Made by a program: the position numbers and the translations under genes. From NCBI GenBank assembly GCA_001770705.1, contig MERT01000002.1, positions 333,225 through 363,224 on the forward strand: DNA of 30,000 nt, read 5' to 3'. Below, piece after piece: positions 7,889-17,919 of the stretch; position 1 is the stretch's first letter, and the number at the start of each line of letters is the position of its first letter. The stretch comes from Burkholderiales bacterium GWF1_66_17. Lineage in GTDB: Bacteria; Pseudomonadota; Gammaproteobacteria; Burkholderiales; Burkholderiaceae_C. The notes under the pieces are model-generated. The model was not told where the DNA came from. It was given only the letters and a program-made list of their open reading frames with translations, and searched no databases.

Positions 7889-9170
7889 GTTGACCTTCGA
7901 GTTCGGCGGTTGCAGACGGATCTTTCTTCTCTCCTTCAAAAATTGCCACCAGGTCCTGTGCAATTGGCGAGTAGCGCGCATGCGTTCGGAGCATGAAACT
8001 CGAGAAGCCATCGCTGTTGTGGTGCTTCTTGCGCTCGTTGGGAAGGTCGATGCGAACGTTGCGCTGAGGGTCGCGAACGACACCGATGGGGTCTTGACCT
8101 TGCTCAATCTTCTTGTATTCGCGTCGCAGCACTCGGCGATATGTCGCAATACCTTTGTCGGAAGCCCCCAGGTTTTCTTGTGAGCGGTCGGCAATCGCAC
8201 CCTGCGTCACCCAAGCCATCATGTCCTGCCCGTCCACGTTGTCCACGATGAACTCCCCGCTCGCATCCTTGTACGGCACTTCATACGTGTGAACTTTTCC
8301 CAGCAGTCGCTGAGGCACATCCACACCAACCGGGGGCACGTAGGCGTTGTACCAAAGATGCAAGGTGTTTTCGTCATCCATCGGCACCCTGATTTGGAAA
8401 GAGTAATAGCGAGACTTGTCATCCCCGTTGCCCACAGCAAGGATGTTGGGAAACACAACAGGGTGCCCCACCCGCCAGTCATCTCCATCTTCAGAATGCC
8501 CCTCCAGCAGACGGTGCTTGGTGATGCCGAACTCGAACTCACGGAAATCGATCTTGACGTGATGGGTGCTGATGGCCACCTTGACACCCTCTTGCTCCTT
8601 CAGGAACTCGTAGTGGTGCCCGTGCAACCATTCGGTGTGTATCGGGTCAAGTGAGTTCTCCATCACCTGTAACCAGTTCACAGGCAACTCCACACGACCC
8701 AACATCCGGATGGTGCCCTCGGTCACGAAGCCATCAAACCGCGGCAGCAATGGCACAGGCTTGGGGCCCAGGTAGGCAAAGAGCAGACCACCCATCTCCT
8801 GCACAGGGTACGCATCGATCGCGACCTTCTCGCGGAACGAACAGTTGTCGACTTCGTTCGGCTGCTCCAAGCACTTGCCCTCGACACTGAACTCCCACCC
8901 GTGATATGGGCACCGGATGCCCTCAGCGGTAGGGATGCCATGCACGAATGAAGCCCGACGATGCGGACACTGCTCGGCGATCAGACCCAGACTACCTTCG
9001 CGGTTGCGAAACAACACCAAGCTCTCCCCCAAGAGTCGCACTGGGCGCGTCCATTTGCCCTCCAGGTCGGCCGCAGCACAAATCGGGTGCCAGTACCGAC
9101 GCATCAAATCACCCATCGGGGTCCCACGCCCCACACGGGTCAGAAATTCATTGCCTTCAACCGTTTCCAT
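7881..9170 (-). CDS. Rieske [2Fe-2S] aromatic ring-hydroxylating oxygenase, alpha-only class IA (phthalate-family) terminal oxygenase
   Basis: Rieske motif CPHRRASFVHG...CPYHGWEF. Mononuclear-iron His pair in NSLDPIHTEWLHG. The N-terminus LTRVGRGTPMGDLMRRYWHPI is typical of the family. I chose the start at ATG 9170 (METVEG...), which is preceded by AGGAGA. Confidence 0.9.
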   Translation of the reverse strand: METVEGNEFLTRVGRGTPMGDLMRRYWHPICAAADLEGKWTRPVRLLGESLVLFRNREGSLGLIAEQCPHRRASFVHGIPTAEGIRCPYHGWEFSVEGKCLEQPNEVDNCSFREKVAIDAYPVQEMGGLLFAYLGPKPVPLLPRFDGFVTEGTIRMLGRVELPVNWLQVMENSLDPIHTEWLHGHHYEFLKEQEGVKVAISTHHVKIDFREFEFGITKHRLLEGHSEDGDDWRVGHPVVFPNILAVGNGDDKSRYYSFQIRVPMDDENTLHLWYNAYVPPVGVDVPQRLLGKVHTYEVPYKDASGEFIVDNVDGQDMMAWVTQGAIADRSQENLGASDKGIATYRRVLRREYKKIEQGQDPIGVVRDPQRNVRIDLPNERKKHHNSDGFSSFMLRTHARYSPIAQDLVAIFEGEKKDPSATAELEGQHG

Positions 9171-9245
9171 CACGCATCTCCTACACAGTGGTTTTGTCAC
9201 GTTTCTCGAATTTACTTAGGTACAAAGTTTTTCGATTGACCGCAG

Positions 9246-9273
9246 TTTATCGCGACACGCACAGGACATTCAA
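9246..9273 (-). promoter_or_regulatory. Candidate sigma70-type promoter for the oxygenase operon (minus strand TTGAAT, 16 nt, GATAAA)
   Basis: Read by eye in the AT-rich 282-nt divergent intergenic region. Both hexamers are imperfect. Confidence 0.25.
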
Positions 9274-9308
9274 GGTGAAAATCATCAACATTTCTAGGTG
9301 TTTACCAT

Positions 9309-9326
9309 GATATTTGTCAAAATATC
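9309..9326. promoter_or_regulatory. Perfect palindrome GATATTT-GTCA-AAATATC; candidate operator
   Basis: A 7-bp inverted repeat with a 4-bp spacer. It contains TTGTCA, which could be a -35 hexamer for the plus-strand porin gene. MarR-type operators are typically pseudo-palindromes of 16-20 bp. Confidence 0.35.
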
Positions 9327-9452
9327 GGTGTTTTTACTTAGATAGAAAATTTATGAAAATGCCTCTTCTACCTACAATCCATAGGCCGTTATGCATGGTG
9401 CACAAGGCCGGATCCACATGGATTCCGAAGACACTTACAAGGAGACTTACTC

Positions 9453-10430
9453 ATGAATAGAAACCTGATCGCTCTAGCCATCTTGGCAACCACTGGCACG
9501 GCCATGGCACAGTCCAACGTCGCGCTCTATGGCCGACTGGACGCATCTTTAGGCGAGACAAAGCTCAATGGATCCACGTCCAAGCAGCTCTACAGCGGGA
9601 ACCTCACCACCAGTCGTTGGGGAATGCGAGGAAGCGAGGATTTGGGTGGTGGCCTGAAAGCCAACTTTCAACTCGAAACCGCACTCAGCGTGGTTGATGG
9701 ATCCAGCGGCGCCGGGTTTTCACGGCAGTCATGGGTTGGCCTAAGTGGTGGCTTTGGCTCATTCAAGCTGGGCAAAACGGACAGCGTCTACAAGGACATC
9801 TATGACTTGGGAAACACCCACAATGTGTTTGATTCGGAGTTCACCGCAACCAAGGAAGCCTTCCGAGCTGGCTTGGGCAACTTCACCAGCCGCCCGAACA
9901 ACCAAGTTCGCTATGACTCGCCCAACTTTGACGGCTTGAGTGCTGGCCTGACTCACTCGCTTCATGAGGATTCCGCCACTGCCCCTGACATCTCCGCCAT
10001 CGATGTCCGCTACCGCACCGGAAGCCTGGATTTGGGTCTGGCCCACCAAGATGAAGACTCTGCCAACCTGGCCGACGATCGCAAGTTCACGGCCCTGACG
10101 GCCACTTACAACTTCGGCATGGCACGCGTGTCAGCGCTGTACCAGCAAGTCAAGGCCGGAGACAACCGGAAGGACAATGAACTCGGACTAGGCGTGAGCA
10201 TCCCTATTGGCAGTTTCGACCTCTCGGCAGGCTACGGTCAGAGCACGAGCAAGTCGGTCGGCGGTGGTGTTGCGGCCAAGGGCAAAGCCTTCTCGCTGGG
10301 GGCAACCTATGCTCTGTCCAAACGCACGCGCACCTACGCTGGCTACATCAACGGCGACACAAAGAACGCCGTAGGAGTCACCACGCGTAAATACAGCCTG
10401 TTTGCTCTTGGAATCCGCCACGACTTCTGA
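9453..10430 (+). CDS. Outer-membrane general porin (Gram-negative porin family, Burkholderiales type)
   Basis: Signal peptide MNRNLIALAILATTGTAMA-Q, the YGRLDASLG start typical of these porins, an alternating beta-strand pattern, and a C-terminal ...GIRHDF ending in an aromatic residue. AGGAGA lies upstream. Confidence 0.9.
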   Translation: MNRNLIALAILATTGTAMAQSNVALYGRLDASLGETKLNGSTSKQLYSGNLTTSRWGMRGSEDLGGGLKANFQLETALSVVDGSSGAGFSRQSWVGLSGGFGSFKLGKTDSVYKDIYDLGNTHNVFDSEFTATKEAFRAGLGNFTSRPNNQVRYDSPNFDGLSAGLTHSLHEDSATAPDISAIDVRYRTGSLDLGLAHQDEDSANLADDRKFTALTATYNFGMARVSALYQQVKAGDNRKDNELGLGVSIPIGSFDLSAGYGQSTSKSVGGGVAAKGKAFSLGATYALSKRTRTYAGYINGDTKNAVGVTTRKYSLFALGIRHDF

Positions 10431-10460
10431 CAGCGGCTCAAGAAACGCCTGTACCTCTCA

Positions 10461-10486
10461 AGGCCTGAAGCCCACCGGCTCACTAC
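10461..10486. terminator. Hairpin between the convergent porin and etfA genes (CCCACCGGC ... GCTGGTGGG)
   Basis: The 9-bp stem includes one G-U pair. There is no clear U-tract. Confidence 0.35.
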
Positions 10487-10567
10487 GGCTGGTGGGGTAA
10501 CAGGAGGACGTTGTTGGCCTTGATGCTGGTCACCTTGCTTTCCTGTAGACGTCCATGCAAGGGCCGA

Positions 10568-11503
10568 CTACGGCAACTGTTTCACCAACTCCGGCACAGC
10601 GGAGAATAGATCAGCCTCCAGCCTGTAGTCGGCCACCGAGAAGATCGGGGCCTCGGGGTCCTTGTTGATCGCCACGATCACCTTGGAATCCTTCATGCCG
10701 GCCAGGTGCTGGATGGCCCCCGAGATGCCGCAAGCCACGTACAGCTGCGGCGCGACGATCTTGCCGGTCTGGCCGACCTGCCAGTCGTTCGGGGCGTAGC
10801 CCGCGTCCACTGCGGCGCGGCTCGCGCCCAGCGCGGCACCGAGCTTGTCGGCCAGCGGGGTCATGACTTCGTTGAACTTCTCGGCGCTGCCCAGCGCCCG
10901 TCCACCGCTGACGATGATCTTGGCAGCGGTGAGTTCGGGGCGGTCGCTCTTGGCGATTTCGCTGCCCAGGAAGGTGCTCTTGCCGCTGTCGGCCTGCGCG
11001 GCCTGGGTTTCCACGGCGGCGCTGCCACCGCTGGCGGCTGCGGGATCAAACCCGGTGGTGCGCACGGTGATGACATGGGTGGCGTCTGCGCTCTGCACGG
11101 TGGCAATCGCGTTGCCGGCGTAGATCGGGCGCTCAAACGTGTCGGCGGCGATCACCTTGGTGATGTCGCTGATCTGGCCAACGTCCAGTTTGGCAGCGAC
11201 GCGCGGGGCGATGTTCTTGCCGCTGGCGGTGGCCGGGAACAGGAGGTGGCTGTAGCTGGACGCAATGGCCAGCACCTGGGCGGCCATGTTCTCGGCCAGG
11301 CCGTGCGCCAGGTACTCGGCGTCGGCGTGGATCACCTTGCTGACGCCGGCGATCTGGGCGGCTGCGGCTGCAGCTGCCCCGGCGTTGTGGCCGGCGATGA
11401 GCACGTGCACCTCGCCACCACACTGGGCGGCGGCGGTGACGGTGTTGAGCGTGGCGCCTTTGATGGTGGCGTTGTCGTGTTCGGCAATGACGAGTGCGGT
11501 CAT
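10568..11503 (-). CDS. etfA: Electron transfer flavoprotein alpha subunit
   Basis: [11 protein letters not shown]... through ...[28 protein letters not shown] (the FAD-binding signature region). 311 aa. GAGGAA lies upstream of the ATG at 11503. The track ORF's 187-aa Arg/Gly/Pro-rich extension overlaps etfB in another frame and was discarded. Confidence 0.92.
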   Translation of the reverse strand: MTALVIAEHDNATIKGATLNTVTAAAQCGGEVHVLIAGHNAGAAAAAAAQIAGVSKVIHADAEYLAHGLAENMAAQVLAIASSYSHLLFPATASGKNIAPRVAAKLDVGQISDITKVIAADTFERPIYAGNAIATVQSADATHVITVRTTGFDPAAASGGSAAVETQAAQADSGKSTFLGSEIAKSDRPELTAAKIIVSGGRALGSAEKFNEVMTPLADKLGAALGASRAAVDAGYAPNDWQVGQTGKIVAPQLYVACGISGAIQHLAGMKDSKVIVAINKDPEAPIFSVADYRLEADLFSAVPELVKQLP

Positions 11504-11514
11504 GTTGTTGTTCC

Positions 11515-12264
11515 TCAGATCACTTTGGCTTCGTTCTTCAGCTTCTCGACCAGGGCGGCCACATCGGCCACCTTGATGCCAGCGCCGCGCTTGGGCGGTT
11601 CGCTGACCTTCAGGGTCTTCAGGCGCGGCGTGACGTCCACCCCGAGGTCTTCGGGCTTGACGATGTCCATCTGCTTCTTCTTGGCCTTCATGATGTTGGG
11701 CAGCGTCACGTAGCGCGGCTCGTTCAGGCGCAGGTCGGTGGTGACGATGGCGGGCAGCGTGAGGCTCAGGGTTTCCAGGCCACCATCCACTTCGCGGGTC
11801 ACGTTGACCTTGCCGTCCACCACTTCGACCTTGTTGGCAAACGTACCCTGGGGCAGGTCGGCCAGGGCCGCCAGCATCTGGCCGGTCTGGTTGCAGTCGT
11901 CGTCGATGGCCTGCTTGCCCAGGATCACGAGGCCGGGCTGTTCCTTGTCCATCAGCGCTTTGAGCAGCTTGGCCACGGCCAGCGGCTGCAGCTCTTCGGC
12001 CGTTTCCACCAGGATGGCGCGGTCCGTGCCGATGGCCATGGCGGTGCGCAGGGTTTCCTGGCATTGCGTCACGCCGCAGGAGACGGCGATGACTTCGGTG
12101 ACGACACCCTTTTCTTTGAGGCGCACGGCTTCTTCGACCGCGATCTCGTCAAACGGGTTCATGCTCATCTTGACGTTGGCCAGGTCCATGCCGGACTGGT
12201 CGGCCTTGACGCGCACCTTGACGTTGTAGTCCACCACGCGTTTGACGGATACAAGAATTTTCAT
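11515..12264 (-). CDS. etfB: Electron transfer flavoprotein beta subunit
   Basis: The [20 protein letters not shown]...[22 protein letters not shown]-terminus is canonical. An in-frame ATG at 12267 is an alternative start. Confidence 0.92.
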   Translation of the reverse strand: MKILVSVKRVVDYNVKVRVKADQSGMDLANVKMSMNPFDEIAVEEAVRLKEKGVVTEVIAVSCGVTQCQETLRTAMAIGTDRAILVETAEELQPLAVAKLLKALMDKEQPGLVILGKQAIDDDCNQTGQMLAALADLPQGTFANKVEVVDGKVNVTREVDGGLETLSLTLPAIVTTDLRLNEPRYVTLPNIMKAKKKQMDIVKPEDLGVDVTPRLKTLKVSEPPKRGAGIKVADVAALVEKLKNEAKVI

Positions 12265-12296
12265 CATCAGGGTTCTAGAATATTTGAGGTCTGAGC

Positions 12297-13937
12297 CTAG
12301 TCAGAAAAAATGGAACTCATCAATTGCTGCCGCAACTGAAACTTCTGTATCTTCCCGGTTGAAGTTTTTGGCAATGGTCCGATCACAACCTTTTTTGGAA
12401 CCTTGAAACGAGCCAGCTTTGTGCGGCAATGCTCTATCAGTTCGGTCTCGCTGGTAGTGACTCCGTCGACAAGTTCAACGAATGCGCAGGGCGACTCTCC
12501 CCATCGGGGATCAGGCTGTGCTACGACTGCGGCGAGCCGCACACTAGGATGGGTGTAAAGAGCTTCTTCGAGCTCAAGAGAGTTGATGTTTTCACCACCC
12601 GAGATGATTACGTCTTTGGAGCGATCACGGATTTGCACGTAGCCGTCCGGACACAGCACGGCCAAATCGCCCGAGTGGAACCAACCACCCTCAAAGGCCT
12701 CTTGGGTTGCCTCGGGGTTCTTCAGATAGCCTTTCATGGTCATGTTTCCCCGAAACATGATTTCTCCGACTGTTTCTCCGTCCATGGGAACAGGCAGCAT
12801 GGTCATAGGGTCCAGAACGGCCATACCTTCCTGGACTGTGTACCGAACGCCTTGGCGGCTCTTGCGTTTGACCAGATCATGCAACCCCAACGATTTCCAT
12901 TCATCCTGTTCGGCACACACCGCGGATGGACCGAAGACTTCGGTCAGGCCATAGATTTGCGTGATCTCGATTCCCATTTTCTGTAAAGCTTCGATAACCG
13001 GTGCGGGAGCTGGTGCGCCGCCAATCAGCCCGCAGACGGCGTGCCGGATACCCCGTTTTTCCTCGTCCGGCGCAAAAGCCAGCATGGCATGAACAACTGG
13101 AGCCCCACAGTAGTGGGTGACTCGATGTTCTCGGATTGCCGACAGGATGGTGGAGACCTCGACCTTCCGCATACACACGCTGGTGCCAGCGTTGGCGGCT
13201 AACGTCCAAGCAAATCCCCACCCGTTGCAATGAAACAGCGGCAGTGTCCAGAGAAACACCGCATGCCTCGGCATACCCCAGTCAATCATGTTTGAAAGAG
13301 AAACTAGGTAAGCGCCGCGGTGGTGATACACCACTCCTTTCGGGTTGCCGGTGGTCCCCGACGTGTAGTTGAGGGCAATCGACTGCCACTCATCCTCAAT
13401 TTTGTACCCCTGCCATGTCGGATCGCCGTCGGCCAGGAGCTGCTCGAAGTCATTTCGTCCTAGACGATGTCCTCCATCGAACGCTGGATCCACGATGTCG
13501 ATCACGATGGGTTTTTCATTCAGAAGGTCGAGCGCCGAGCCGACCACATCGGCGTATTCCGTATCCGTTATCAGAACCTTCGCTTCTCCATGTTGGAGCA
13601 TGAAAGCAAGGGTGGCCGGATCGAGGCGTACGTTTAGCGTATTGAGTACAGCACCACACATGGGAACGCCGAAGTGGAGCTCCAACATTTCGGGCGTGTT
13701 GGCCGCCACAACAGCCACCGTATCCCCCACACCTACTCCGAGAGCCGCTAGAGACGAGGCGATACGACGGCTCCGCTCTAGTAACGCCTTCCAGGTCACC
13801 CGACGGTCCCCATAGATGATGGCGATGCGATCTGGATAGACCTCAGCAGTTCGCAACAAGAAGGAGATGGGAGACAGCGGTACAAAATTGACCGCCGTTT
13901 TCTCAAGCACATCGGATGTGCCGTTTAGTGCTTTCAT
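12297..13937 (-). CDS. AMP-dependent acyl-CoA synthetase/ligase (short/medium-chain, DmdB/AAE-like subfamily)
   Basis: AMP-binding motif [20 protein letters not shown]. Also YGLTE, GWFHSGD and a C-terminal GKIQKFQLR. Confidence 0.9.
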   Translation of the reverse strand: MKALNGTSDVLEKTAVNFVPLSPISFLLRTAEVYPDRIAIIYGDRRVTWKALLERSRRIASSLAALGVGVGDTVAVVAANTPEMLELHFGVPMCGAVLNTLNVRLDPATLAFMLQHGEAKVLITDTEYADVVGSALDLLNEKPIVIDIVDPAFDGGHRLGRNDFEQLLADGDPTWQGYKIEDEWQSIALNYTSGTTGNPKGVVYHHRGAYLVSLSNMIDWGMPRHAVFLWTLPLFHCNGWGFAWTLAANAGTSVCMRKVEVSTILSAIREHRVTHYCGAPVVHAMLAFAPDEEKRGIRHAVCGLIGGAPAPAPVIEALQKMGIEITQIYGLTEVFGPSAVCAEQDEWKSLGLHDLVKRKSRQGVRYTVQEGMAVLDPMTMLPVPMDGETVGEIMFRGNMTMKGYLKNPEATQEAFEGGWFHSGDLAVLCPDGYVQIRDRSKDVIISGGENINSLELEEALYTHPSVRLAAVVAQPDPRWGESPCAFVELVDGVTTSETELIEHCRTKLARFKVPKKVVIGPLPKTSTGKIQKFQLRQQLMSSIFSD

Positions 13938-13965
13938 ATCGAGTAGGGTTCGGATCGGAGGAGGT

Positions 13966-15108
13966 TCAGCGCAGGACAGACCGGGAAATGATCATCCTTT
14001 GAATTTCAGATGTTCCCTCGACGATCTCCAAGACTTTTGCATCTCCAAATGCGCGCGACACCGGGTACTCGGTCATGATGCCGTTGCCCCCATGGACCTG
14101 CACCGCTTGGTGAGCTGCTTCCATGGCTTTCTCGGTGGCAAAGAGCTTGGCCATCGAAGCCTGCAGATCGTTGGGACGTCCCTCGTCCTTGGCAACTGCA
14201 GCGTCGTAGAGCATGAGTCTGGCAGCGTGAGCGTTTGTGGCCATGTCGGCCACCTTGAACTGCAGAGACTGAAACTGGTTGAGCTGCTTGCCGAAGGCTG
14301 TGCGTTCGCTCATGTATTTCACGGAGCGTTCAAGCGAGCCTTGCAGAATGCCCAAACCCAGGATGCCGATCAGGATGCGCCCAGTGCTGACCTGTGCCAG
14401 CGTCTGCTTCAACCCCGATCCGACTTCACCCAGCAAGTGATCAGCTGGGATGGTGCAGTTTTCGAAAAAAAGTTCGCAGGTTGAGGATCCACGCCAGCCA
14501 ATTTTGTTGAGTTTCTTTCCGTTGCTAAAGCCCGGTGCATTGTTCGGAACAATGAAATTGGACAGCTCTTTGCGCCCATCAGGGCGCGTGCCCGTGACTG
14601 CTGCGATCACCAGCGGGCCTGTGATGCGTGAACCCGAGTTGCTGATAAAAGTCTTCGAACCGTTTATTACCCACTGCCCATCGGTCAGAACCGCCCGGGT
14701 TTGGATGTTGGCGGCATCAGAGCCTGCATTTGGCTCCGTTAAACCGATACACCCCACCTGACTTCCGTCCAGGATGGGACGCAGATAGCGCTGTTTCTGC
14801 GCTTCGGTTCCGAAGTTGTTGAGCAGACTGGCCGCTGTCGAGTTGGCCATGATGGAGACAGCCACCGCGCAATCGACACGGGCAATCTCTTCCAATACGA
14901 TGGCAAAGCCGAGCCAGTCGCCACCGCCACCGTTGTAGGCTTCTGGGTAGGGAAGGCCGATGTAGCCCAGCTCACCCGCCTTTTGCCATATCTCGTAGGG
15001 AAACTCCTCGTCTTCCCACAGTGTGTGGGAAGACGGTGCAATTTCCTGTTCGGCAAAGCGGCGCACCGCTTCACGGATGGTTTCGTGATACTCGCTGACT
15101 TGGTACAT
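13966..15108 (-). CDS. Acyl-CoA dehydrogenase (short/branched-chain-like)
   Basis: GCIGLTEPNAGSDA and a C-terminal EIVEGTSEIQRMIISR (catalytic Glu region). 380 aa. Confidence 0.9.
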   Translation of the reverse strand: MYQVSEYHETIREAVRRFAEQEIAPSSHTLWEDEEFPYEIWQKAGELGYIGLPYPEAYNGGGGDWLGFAIVLEEIARVDCAVAVSIMANSTAASLLNNFGTEAQKQRYLRPILDGSQVGCIGLTEPNAGSDAANIQTRAVLTDGQWVINGSKTFISNSGSRITGPLVIAAVTGTRPDGRKELSNFIVPNNAPGFSNGKKLNKIGWRGSSTCELFFENCTIPADHLLGEVGSGLKQTLAQVSTGRILIGILGLGILQGSLERSVKYMSERTAFGKQLNQFQSLQFKVADMATNAHAARLMLYDAAVAKDEGRPNDLQASMAKLFATEKAMEAAHQAVQVHGGNGIMTEYPVSRAFGDAKVLEIVEGTSEIQRMIISRSVLR

Positions 15109-15119
15109 GTCTCTTGTCC

Positions 15120-16250
15120 TTAGTAAGATTCGTCGAGCATCTGCCTGTAGTCGTCCACGGTGGCCGCCCGCGGATTGGTGGCATGGCAGTGATCCTTCAT
15201 GGCTGCAGCGGCAATGTCGGCCAGCACAGAACGTGGCACCCCCATCGCGCCGAGACCACGTGGCATGCCGATCCGCGTGTTGAGCAGTTCGATGTGTTCG
15301 GCGGGATCGGCACCGACTTCCAAACCCATTGCCTGGACCAGTGCGGCCTGCTTGGATTCAGTGGCGCTTTTGTTGAAGCGCAGAACGGCGGGCAGCAACA
15401 CCGCGTTCAACGTGCCGTGGTGGAGCGAAACGCCTGGAACCGCACCCAGGGGATGCGACAAGGCGTGCACCGCGCCAAGGCCCTTCTGAAAGGCCAGCGC
15501 TCCCTCCATTGCTGCCACCATCATGTTCCAACGGGCATCGCGGTCCGAGCCGTCACGGGTGGCCTTTTCGATGTTGTCCATACCCCGGCGCAGACCATCG
15601 AGAGCGATCGCCTCCGCTGGCGGGTTGATGGCGGGTGCCAGAAAAGTCTCGATGCAGTGGGCAATGGCATCCATGCCAGTGGCGGCGGTGAGCATGGGGG
15701 GCAGCCCCAGTGTCAGATCTGGGTCGCAGATGGCCACCTTGGGCAGCAGGAAAGGGCTGAGCAAACCCAGCTTGCGGCCCGAATTCATGACGATGACGCT
15801 GCCGCGACCCACTTCGCTGCCGGTTCCCGCTGTCGTGGGTATAGCCACCAGGGGGGCGACACGCTCGGAGATACGTGATGCACCGCCCTCGACGGCTGCA
15901 TAGGTCTGGAGAGGATCGGGGTGCGTGGCGAGGAGCGCGGTCGCCTTGCCCAAGTCGATTGAGGAACCGCCTCCAATGGCGATGATGCCGTCGCATTCGC
16001 TGTCTACGAACATTTTCGTTGCTGCAATCACGGCCGTTTCTGTCGGGTTCGGAGGGGTGTCTTCGTAGATGCTGAACGCAACGGTATCGCCCAGCGACTC
16101 GATTACCTTACCCAGGATGCCTGCTGCGCGAATGCCTTTGTCGGTCACGATCAGCGGGCGCCGGATGCTCAGCCGGTGAAGCTCAGCACCCAGAAGCTTG
16201 ATGGCGCCATGATCAAGTTGTACGGTGGTCAGATAGTTGATGGTGGCCAT
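15120..16250 (-). CDS. Iron-containing (group III) alcohol dehydrogenase, 4-hydroxybutyrate dehydrogenase-like
   Basis: GGGSSIDLGKA and His-rich metal motifs (DAIAHCIE, HALSHPLG). AGGAAA lies upstream of the ATG. Confidence 0.85.
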   Translation of the reverse strand: MATINYLTTVQLDHGAIKLLGAELHRLSIRRPLIVTDKGIRAAGILGKVIESLGDTVAFSIYEDTPPNPTETAVIAATKMFVDSECDGIIAIGGGSSIDLGKATALLATHPDPLQTYAAVEGGASRISERVAPLVAIPTTAGTGSEVGRGSVIVMNSGRKLGLLSPFLLPKVAICDPDLTLGLPPMLTAATGMDAIAHCIETFLAPAINPPAEAIALDGLRRGMDNIEKATRDGSDRDARWNMMVAAMEGALAFQKGLGAVHALSHPLGAVPGVSLHHGTLNAVLLPAVLRFNKSATESKQAALVQAMGLEVGADPAEHIELLNTRIGMPRGLGAMGVPRSVLADIAAAAMKDHCHATNPRAATVDDYRQMLDESY

Positions 16251-16325
16251 GTGTTTCCTATATGGGTCTGTGTATTGAGTCAGTTGAATTTGGTAGCGCC
16301 CGGTAGGACGCCACCGATGCGGTGG

Positions 16326-17894
16326 TCAGGGGCGGAAGAGTTGGGCATCCATCAGTCGCAAGGGCGTGGCCACACGGACGGGCGGAAACGCCATGAGGTC
16401 AAGCACCTGTGTCTGGACGTCAATGCCCGGCGCCACCTCCTCCAGCACGAGGCCCTCAGGGGCGACCGAGAAGACCGCGCGTTCGGTGACGATCCAAGCC
16501 TTCTGACCCCGTTCTTTGACGTTGCGTCCGAGCGGGTAGGTGATTTCATCGACCTGCTCGACGAACTTGCGGACCTTGCCTTCGCGCTCAACAGACAAGG
16601 TCCCCGCAGAGGCCTCCGCCGTCAGTCCTGCGGTGGTGAAGGTTCCCGTGAAAATCAGTTCACGAGCGTTGTAGGCGATGTCGATGAAACCGCCGGGTCC
16701 CGGATTGGCAGCGCCGAACCGGCTGACATTGATGTTGCCGGAGCTGTCGATCTGGGCGAAAGCCAGCACAGCCATCGGGCAATTCCCACCATTGATGAAG
16801 TCGAACTGAGCAGGGCCGTCGATCAGGGCTTCCGGGTATTTATTGGCCGAGAACTGCCAGCCACTCATAACGACACCGCCAAAAGGGCCATGCTCGGTGG
16901 TGAAGCTGTAGTCGTGCAGGCCTCCATCCTCAAACGCGCCATCTTCCAACATCACGGCGGGCACATCCGAGGACGCACCGAATCCGAAGATGCTGACCTC
17001 TCCTTTTCGGACGTACTGTGCAGCACGGCGGGCAATGACTTTGTCGGGCCCTGGCGCGAGCAGGTTCGGCTTGTGGCCGCTGAACAGTTGTCCCCCGAGG
17101 TAGGTATCGTCGTGGCGTACCTCGGTGGTCATCATCGCGTTGGGCTCGACCACGATACGATCCACCAGTTCACCAGGAATGCGCACCGAATGCACGGGCC
17201 GCGCATTGCGGGGGACCAGTTTTCGCACCTGGGCAATGACCGTGCCGCCCGATGCCTTCACAGCCAGGGCCATGGCCAGCGCGCAAGACACCAAGGGCTC
17301 GTCCTCGAAGCTCAGGTTGCCATGCTCGTCGGCGCTTGTAGCTCGAATGAACGCCACGTCCAGAGGCCAAGTCGGGTAGAACAGGTATTCCTTGCCGTCC
17401 AGTTCCTTGACCTTGACCAGATCATCTTGGGCACGGGTCGTGTATTTGCCGCCTTGCTGCCGGGGATCGATATAAGAACCGATGCCTATCTGTGTGAGGT
17501 AGCCCGGGCTGCGCCTAGCAACTTCCCGTAGCCAGTGCATGGTGGCGCCTATTGGCCAACAGTAGGCCTCGACTAGGTTCTCCCTGATCAGCCGCATCAC
17601 CTCCGGCCGCTGCCCCGTGGCTGGATTCACGGCATTGATGAAATTTCCAGAGACGATGCGCTTCATCAATCCCTCAATGGCCACATGGTCCATACCACGT
17701 ATGTGCATGCCATCCCCGACGCTGACCGGAAAGTAGAAGGTCAGGTCGCGCGGCGTGCCGGTTTCGCGAAAGCGATGGGCCAGCGCCTGAAACAGCGCAT
17801 CTGGCGTCAGCCAGCCGATCACCCCGACACTGGCGATGCTCTGGCCAGGTCGGATGTCACCCACCGCCTGTGCTGCGGTACAAATTTTTTTCAT
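16326..17894 (-). CDS. Family I acyl-CoA:acetate/propionate/3-ketoacid CoA-transferase, fused alpha-beta (YdiF/Pct-like)
   Basis: About 522 aa. The N-terminus is MKKICTAAQAVGDIRPGQSIASVG, and TTEHGPFGG sits in the position of the SENG-type catalytic Glu motif. I trimmed the start to ATG 17894, which is preceded by GAGAGGA. Confidence 0.8.
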   Translation of the reverse strand: MKKICTAAQAVGDIRPGQSIASVGVIGWLTPDALFQALAHRFRETGTPRDLTFYFPVSVGDGMHIRGMDHVAIEGLMKRIVSGNFINAVNPATGQRPEVMRLIRENLVEAYCWPIGATMHWLREVARRSPGYLTQIGIGSYIDPRQQGGKYTTRAQDDLVKVKELDGKEYLFYPTWPLDVAFIRATSADEHGNLSFEDEPLVSCALAMALAVKASGGTVIAQVRKLVPRNARPVHSVRIPGELVDRIVVEPNAMMTTEVRHDDTYLGGQLFSGHKPNLLAPGPDKVIARRAAQYVRKGEVSIFGFGASSDVPAVMLEDGAFEDGGLHDYSFTTEHGPFGGVVMSGWQFSANKYPEALIDGPAQFDFINGGNCPMAVLAFAQIDSSGNINVSRFGAANPGPGGFIDIAYNARELIFTGTFTTAGLTAEASAGTLSVEREGKVRKFVEQVDEITYPLGRNVKERGQKAWIVTERAVFSVAPEGLVLEEVAPGIDVQTQVLDLMAFPPVRVATPLRLMDAQLFRP

Positions 17895-17919
17895 GGCAGT
17901 CCTCTCAACGTCGCTGGAC

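Larger units (their letters stand above)
9211..9344. repeat. Two copies of a 12-nt direct repeat: TTTACTTAGGTA (9211..9222) and TTTACTTAGATA (9333..9344)
   Basis: The copies match at 11 of 12 positions and both lie in the oxygenase/porin divergent intergenic region. Confidence 0.4.

Noticed and set aside
9360-9470. Small upstream ORFs in the porin leader (a 12-aa and a 35-aa peptide starting at ATGs in the AT-rich region).
   Set aside because: They have no ribosome-binding site, and they overlap the porin start and its AGGAGA site. There is no evidence that they are translated.
10568-12064. The 498-aa ORF suggests a large fusion protein with a 187-aa Arg/Gly/Pro/His-rich N-terminal extension on EtfA.
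   Set aside because: The extension lies entirely over the etfB gene in another frame and has junk-like composition. A canonical EtfA start ([10 protein letters not shown]) with a GAGGAA ribosome-binding site sits at 11503, 11 nt after the etfB stop codon.
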